Assembly: GCA_000320545.1 (NCBI GenBank)
Contig: ADNK01000506.1
Location: 62,001-126,000, forward strand
Length of the DNA: 64,000 nucleotides
Direction: 5' to 3'
Source: Bigelowiella natans CCMP2755
Taxonomy: Eukaryota; Protista; Cercozoa
The position numbers and the translations under genes were made by a program. Under the pieces are notes generated by a model. That model saw nothing but the letters and a program-made list of their open reading frames with translations, was not told the origin of the DNA and made no database searches. Positions 57,533-64,000 of the stretch are shown here, piece after piece. How positions within the stretch are numbered: position 1 is the stretch's first letter; every line of letters starts with the position of its first letter.

Positions 57533-58885
57533 CACGTACTGTTGCTCTTCTTTCTGATAAACAACTACGTGTGTTGGCTGGCTTTCTGCTGTCGTTATCA
57601 ATACTAAAGCAGCAGCAGCAGCAGCAGTTATGCAATTACTCAGTGCTCTCATCAATTAACATCATCATCATCATCATATCTGGCAGCTGTTAGCAGAATG
57701 ATTGCTATCATATACTCCTCCTCCTCCCTCCTCCTCTTCCTCAATCAGGTATTCAATCGTTTCAACAATGAGTGGCAAACTGTGCATCCCATTCCCGGCG
57801 CTTTAACAGTAAATACAGGCGACATGGCGCAGGTGATGATGGATGATAATGATGATGATGACGACGATGATGATGATGACGTGCAATACTACTACTGCTA
57901 CTACCACCATACAAAATGGAAGAACCCATGATGAGTTTTGTTGTTAACAACAAGTAGGTATGGAGCAATGATCGTTATCATGCTCCTGTACATCGAGTGC
58001 TTGCCAATGCTGAGAAAACAAGATATTCCATGCCTTTCTTCTACAATCCTGGATACAATACGGAGGTAGTCATAGTAGTAGTAGATCACTAGGTGTAGTA
58101 CAAGAGTTGTGTGAAGAACCGATAAACTACCGATGCTATTGTAGACAGAAAACAGAATTATTGTTATTATGATAATAGTACAATAATAGTAGCTACAGAC
58201 ACACTACTACTACTACTACAACAACAACAACTACTACTACTACTACTACTACTACTATTACTCATGACCCTCTTTTTAGGTGAAACCTATAGAACATTGC
58301 GTTAATTCCCAGGAGAATCATCCATTGGCTTATGATCCAGTCTGCTGGTAGCAGTTGTTGTTGATATAATAATGATTATGATGATAATGCTCGATGTGCT
58401 TATAATATTCATCAAATTAACCTTTCACATCTACTGCTGCTACTGTCTCAACGAGTCTCCTCCTCCCCCGTTGTTATCACTATTCTCGCATCGCTACCAA
58501 AGGCTAACATATACGTTGTCTTGTTTTGGTTGGCGAGCAGGGGTTATTTTCGATGGCAAAGATATTCTGGTGATTTTGCAGATTTCGGACGGGAAGTACA
58601 GGTTGCGAAAAATTGTGAAGATAAATTACATTATTTTTGTAAGGAAGTGTAGATTGTATGTTCTAGCTGCATGCTTCTACGCGACGAGAATCTATGGAAA
58701 AACTGTTATTGATGATAGACTTAACTTTTACATGAATGAGAATATCTTTTGTTTGCTATCATGATCAGATTTCAGATTTCTCAAAGACAAATGAAAAGTT
58801 AAGACAAGAAGAACGAATTCGGCATCAGGATAAATTCATGGATACTTTTGATGGGGGTGCTAAAATTCAAAGTGCTGGAACGTAG
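54446..58885 (+). CDS. 2-oxoglutarate/Fe(II) dioxygenase (DIOX_N + 2OG-FeII_Oxy; IPNS/ACO-like) with mitochondrial-type presequence
   Basis: VPVIDCS, ACANWGFFQIVNHGI, AFFALP, RDWKE, LRLNYYP, GISPHS|DAGFLTLLLQD (HxD), VNTGDMAQ|VWSNDRYHAPVHRV, RYSMPFFYNP (RxS) and EVQ|ISDF. Confidence 0.92.
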
Positions 58886-59419
58886 AACATGCTAGCATGC
58901 TCACAGCAGATCAATGCGACGATGACAATAGACACAATAATTGTATATATATTATATTGTGATGTCCTTTGATCTCGCAATTTTAAATTTCTAAAATAAA
59001 TTATTTGAAAGGCATAAAATAATCCACTTAATTTCATCATGCAAGCTAGCACGTGCCATGCTAGCATATCTTAGTCATCGATCTCTAGATCTCCTCTGAA
59101 AACATACACTATCTGCCAAGTAAATCATGTGCAGATGTAGCTGTAGCATCATGGTTGTTCAACTCAATTGTGTGCGAGCGCTATTCGACTATGTAGTAGC
59201 CATGAGAGCGCTAGCCAACGCAGATACGATTCGCTTAGTAATTGACCAAATGCATGTCTAATAATCTGTGTAGTGGCATGCCAGATACGTACGATATACA
59301 TGTGAGGAGCTAAGAAGAATCGGAGCATCCATGTATGTTGCATGCAATGACGTGACGAGTCTATATAGCCCTAGAGCATTCATGTTATAATGTCTGAGAC
59401 TATGAGTATAACACTGAAT

Positions 59420-61174
59420 TATACCCTTGTTCCTGGAAGGTCAGCACAACCGTACAGCGTAGTCACGGTAGATTATTAGACCTGCATTTGGCTACCATGC
59501 AAATTGTCTGCGTTGACTGCGCTGCATAACATTTCTTTCTCTTCCTCATCATGTTTGCATCGGCCAAAACTTAATCTAATATTACGACGTCTACGGATGC
59601 TTTCTTCCCTATATCCCTCGATCCATGCACATTTTGCACAGTTCATACATTCCAGCACTGCAATCATAATATATTATCTTTTATCATGATTAACCGTCTC
59701 TCCCACCTTGTCCCACCATGGCACTTCCTCGAAGTGCCACTTTCTGCCTTTGAGTTGGAAGCATCCTTCTAAGTTGCTCCTGCCCGAACAACAAGCTCCC
59801 TCCAAGTCTCGATGAAACCTCCTCCATCTCGTTGTTACTACTACTTCTTCCAGACAATTGCTCTGTGCTAATGCCCTGTCTCTGTGCTTCTAGGCAAATT
59901 GCTGACCAAGCTAGTTCTTTAGTATTAAATAAACCTAGGTACTTTTTTGATGATGACGATGATGATGATGATGATCCACCTCCTCCTATGACGAAAGATG
60001 TCTCGTACTTTTGCAACAAAGGACTCCATACGATACCAGGCAATCCGTTTGGAACAGGTGGAAGTGTCTATGGAATGATGGGTGCCGTTAGACCGATGTT
60101 AATGTAGATTCTAGCATCGTATTCATATGGTCATTTGTAATATATCTAGCAACGAATACTTATTATATAGCAACGATAATACTGAAATTCAAATATCACT
60201 AGATGGTGGCTTGTCTCTGCTGCTTCTACTACTACAAGTAACGTTTCCACGTGCATGCAGACAGACAAACACACCCATACACACACATACATACCTGGGA
60301 CATATTTTTCAGTAATGCAGCTTGAGTTGCTCTCGCTTTTTGCTTTCTAAGCCTGGCTTGTGCTTTGCGTTCTAAGTCCTCTCTACGTTTCTGCTCTTTC
60401 AACCGTGCTACAGTCTCCTAATTAGCATCATGATAATCCGTTGTAGTATTTCATGCCAATGAGGAGCCGGATAGAAACAGAATGGACATAGTTCCTACTA
60501 CTTCATTGTGTATTTTTCTCCCTTGATAATAGTAGTACTTTTACTAGTTTGTTTATCATAATAGTGTGTGCTAATACTTCCTACCTTTTTTTCTGCACGT
60601 TGCTCTCGTAGTAGTTTTTGCCTCGCTTCTTTGTCGAGTACAAGAGTCTTATTTTCTACTCACCAACAATACCAAACCACATGTTCGTACGAAAAATCAT
60701 AGTAGATGAATAAGAAGACTATGCAAAAATGATCCACATCAACATTATCCCTGCTCGCATCATCTCCCATTTTATTAATGAAAGGAAAGAAGTCACTGCT
60801 ATGACTGTTAGATATGATTTCATACTTCTAGACTTTCTCATGATCTGGCCTGAGACGTTTTTGATCAAGATAGCTTCAGAAGCAGCCTTTTTGGAAGAGC
60901 TTATGCTCGAGGGAACAGCTTTATGTTGCAGATATACAAGTTGGCTAGTTTGCTTAGTTTCTTTGGTTTTCTGATGTGGCAAAGTCCAACTTTCAATTTT
61001 AGAAAAATATGCAACCGACCGTTGCCACTCCTGCTGCTACTAGCTCAATACTACCAAAGGTTAAAATATCTACACAACGAGTAAATATTATGCATCATTG
61101 TCATTACATCGATAATGTTACGAAAGACAATCTTCTTCTTCTTCTCTTGAATGATCTCATAATTGATGAGTCAC

Positions 61175-61208
<34 letters not shown>

Positions 61209-61301
61209 TTAATCTAAGTTGATGACAACCTGCTGTTGTTTTCCTTGCATTGTCGATATTAAGACCGCATTCTTTAGATCTCTCTCAGTGGCAAGAGCCA
61301 T
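59420..61301 (-). CDS. Protein with a charged coiled-coil and an AP2-like domain; ends approximate
   Basis: MALATERDLK start; ETVARLKEQKRREDLERKAQARLRKQK; PGIVWSPLLQKYETSFVI...KKYLGLFNTKELAWSA resembles the AP2 pattern GV.W...W.A.I...YLG.F.T.E.A..A. Confidence 0.5.
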
Positions 61302-61433
61302 TGTTCTATTTCTTACGGGGTCGAAGTACCAAAGACTGCCTAATCCCCTTCAATATCAATACATAATATGCGACTTATATCGATGAAATTATAATGTGCA
61401 GGTCCGATGTGTTATGAACATCGGTGGCAATAA

Positions 61434-62528
61434 TCAAGAGAAAGAGGCAGAAACGATTAGACTAGTACCATTGTGGACGAATAAACATGAAAAACAGACA
61501 TCCTTTACTGCTCTAAGGAAGATATACCCTGAAAATCCGCTTTTCGATTTCAACCCTTTTAAGGTGGAAATACGCAATTGAAGCAAACCGTCATCGTATG
61601 GAATAGAGAAGTTCGTTTGCATTCCAGTTGCTATATCTTGCACAATGACCTTGAGAGTATTATCAAAATATGGTTATATTCTTCAACAATATCATCATTA
61701 GGCATAAGCCCAAGCCTACCGTGATGTTAAGATTATCCCATTTTGTTCTTTTCTCGATGGCTGAGTATCGACGTTGGAATTCTTTCTTATACTTTATTTC
61801 CTCTATTTCATATCGTCTGCAAGTAATATAAGCTAAATAAACCGGTTGAAGTTGAGGATGAGGGAGTAATTCTGTTGAGTAAACAAGGGCTAATAGAATA
61901 ATCACGAAGAAAAACAAGACTCATAAATGGTGCCCTGCTCGGCCGTTCATTTTCCCAATTAATCTGCTTACTTCATTCGTTGGTGTTTTCGTCCTTCAAT
62001 CCTCACATTGGTAGCCTCTACATGCGGTCTCCCGCCATCTTCCTTTTTACATGCTTCGTTTCGTATTCGCAAGTGATCAAGTTTCTGAGAGATAGGGGTG
62101 CTAGGCTCTAGTTATTGCTATCAACATTCAATGATTTATTTTTACCCTCATCTCCTCCTGCCGTTCCTGCATCTTGTTGAGGTGATTGTGCCGTCCAACC
62201 TTTAGGAAGTTGTAAATATATTAAAAGCAGAAGAACTACAAAAGTACTACGAACCTACATATTTCTCAGGTTTATTCTTCGTTACGTCCTTTTCATCGTC
62301 AAAAGGTAGGGTTTGTAGTGGAGGCGCCCCTCGTCGCAGCAGATATCTGCGTTTTCTCTTGTTCGCCGATGAGGTAAAAGTAGTTGCTAACGCTAAGATT
62401 GCCAACAAGAGCACTACTTTCTCACAGAAAAATTTCCTATGCTTTCGAGATGGGTAGGATAATGGCATTTTTGGTGCGTGAAGTCTATGCCCAATTGTTA
62501 CTTCTGTCTGTACTCGCCACCATGGCAA
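61434..62528 (-). CDS. Hypothetical spliced protein with an N-terminal hydrophobic signal/TM segment
   Basis: RKHRKFFCEKVVLLLAILALATTFTSSA followed by several short GT-AG-bounded coding-like segments; no family recognised. Confidence 0.35.
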
Positions 62529-62733
62529 AAGATGGTAGTAACAACATTGATGGTTAATGAAGACATGAACTAGCTTAACCGTTGAGTAGTTTCCATCATC
62601 ATGATTATCACCCTCTTCATCATCATCGTTCTTCTTTGAGGGGGTCTTCTGCTTGTTTGTGTTTCATCGACACTGTAGCTGCTTGTTACGTACTGTTAAT
62701 TTTAACTGTGAATCCTCCATGTCGCACCAAAGA

Positions 62734-63597
62734 AATCCCACTAAAAACATGGCATTCACGAAACCACTGTGTTGAATTGTGATGGGAAGATTGTGCTCCT
62801 GACAACGTTGGCTGCCTGTCCAACTTCATGCCTGGCACGGCTTTTCTCGAGTTCTCACACGAGAGAGTCCTCGTTGTTTTCAGCTCGAGGCACTGCGTTT
62901 CGCACTTTGCAAGTGTCATGCAACACTTTGGAAATTTGCTCGATGAACAAAGTTTCTTTCTTTCTTTCTTTCTCTCTTTCTTTCTTTCGATCGTGTGTGA
63001 CTTCGCCGGACGTGAAACAAACCCCCAATTTCACGATCCTTTCAATCGCTCTGATGGAATCACTTCTTTCTTTCTTTCATTTCCGTCAATTGAGGAGGGA
63101 ACGGGTGAGTCAGCGTGTTTTCCAGTGTCTCACGATCCTTTCAACTGCTCCAAATGTGGAAACACCTCTTTCTCTTGATTCTCCGACACGCCAGCACGTG
63201 GTGAGGACGAACACGAACATCGCACATGCTGGCTAGACCGTCGCCGCACGCTTTCCAAGCAATGCGTGCATGCGCGTGTGCTTGATGGTGTCGCACGCAC
63301 GCACACACGCGTGGAGGCTGTGCAGTTGGTCGTGCACACAACCTAGCTAGCTAGACCCACAGCCAGCTAGCCAGGCAAGCGGCATGGATTGACAAGCGCG
63401 CGCAGGCTTCATCGCAAGAAGTCCAGAAGTGACACATCGTGCGTGCTAGCATGACAGCGCCGACAATCTGCCCAGACATGCCGAGGAATCTAGAAGTGTC
63501 CAAGCCAGCTGTGTCGGTCCCGGCATCATCTGCATGCATGCCGCGCGCATGCACATCATGGTCACAGCCACCTGAGGCATGACAAATGCACACAGAC
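62734..63597. other. Extreme TpA-depleted intergenic island
   Basis: No TA at all in 62734-63233; the 7 TA in 63234-63597 are all within CTAG. Confidence 0.9.
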
Positions 63598-63767
63598 TAC
63601 ACGATGAGTCTGGGAGACACATGCTGGCACAAGCATGTCTAGATGTACATGATTTACTGCGCATTTGAGCTCAGCATTGCAGCATGTGATTCGTCGAATG
63701 ACGTGGTGAGGGTCTAGCTAGATGGCTTCAACTGAATTTTCTCAAAAACTAACACATTGTGGGGGAC

Positions 63768-64000
63768 TTATTTGGATTCATCCATCTTGTTTCCGTCATC
63801 GTCTTCAGGCGTGTAGCTGGGGGATGCAGGTGAATATTGAGGGCTAGTTGGGGAATACTGTGGACTGGTGCCAGCGTTTGTTGGAGATGTTGGAGAGTAG
63901 CTCGGCGAAGTAGGGCTATAGCTTGGAGAGGTAGGGCTATAACTTGGAGAGGTTGGACTATAGCTTGGAGAGGTAGGGCTATAACTTGGAGAAGTAGGGC
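63768..64000 (-). CDS. RPB1: RNA polymerase II largest subunit, C-terminal heptad domain (3' end only)
   Basis: Tandem YSPTSPS heptads, then [37 protein letters not shown]. Confidence 0.93.
   Translation of the reverse strand, partial: PTSPSYSPTSPSYSPTSPSYSPTSPSYSPTSPSYSPTSPTNAGTSPQYSPTSPQYSPASPSYTPEDDDGNKMDESK

Noticed and set aside
62686-63664. Multiple overlapping ORFs on both strands
   Set aside because: Same stop-codon-depletion artefact; no domain or splice logic.
63790-64000. 21-bp satellite repeat
   Set aside because: It is the coding YSPTSPS heptad array of RPB1.

Overview
Gene-dense, intron-rich eukaryotic nuclear DNA, not prokaryotic. A chlorarachniophyte-like protist is inferred from a bipartite plastid-type presequence, short weak-consensus GT-AG introns and microsatellite-filled introns; this is not proven. 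About 17 protein genes were reconstructed by hand-splicing: a LIG6-type DNA ligase (3' end), an N-myristoylated PI3K-family protein with tandem dead and intact kinase domains, an acylated formin, a coiled-coil protein, CWC2, PTAR1, a plastid-targeted PRC-barrel protein, PCCB, mitochondrial uL22, an SLC43/FMP42-like MFS transporter, a double Tudor/chromo-barrel protein, a PLP/M6-like tetraspan protein, a Gfo/Idh/MocA oxidoreductase, a 2OG-Fe(II) dioxygenase, an AP2-like protein, a hypothetical protein and the RPB1 CTD. The most striking non-genic signal: nearly every spacer downstream of a gene 3' end is a compositional island rich in TG/CA/GCATGC, and in the strongest islands TpA is almost erased (up to 500 bp with none) except inside CTAG, which is enriched. 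Introns and head-to-head promoter spacers keep abundant TpA. This looks like a context-specific, strand-symmetric T:A->C:G hypermutation (a 'reverse-RIP') or a base-modification footprint targeted to post-terminator, untranscribed DNA. All exon boundaries and counts are manual and approximate.
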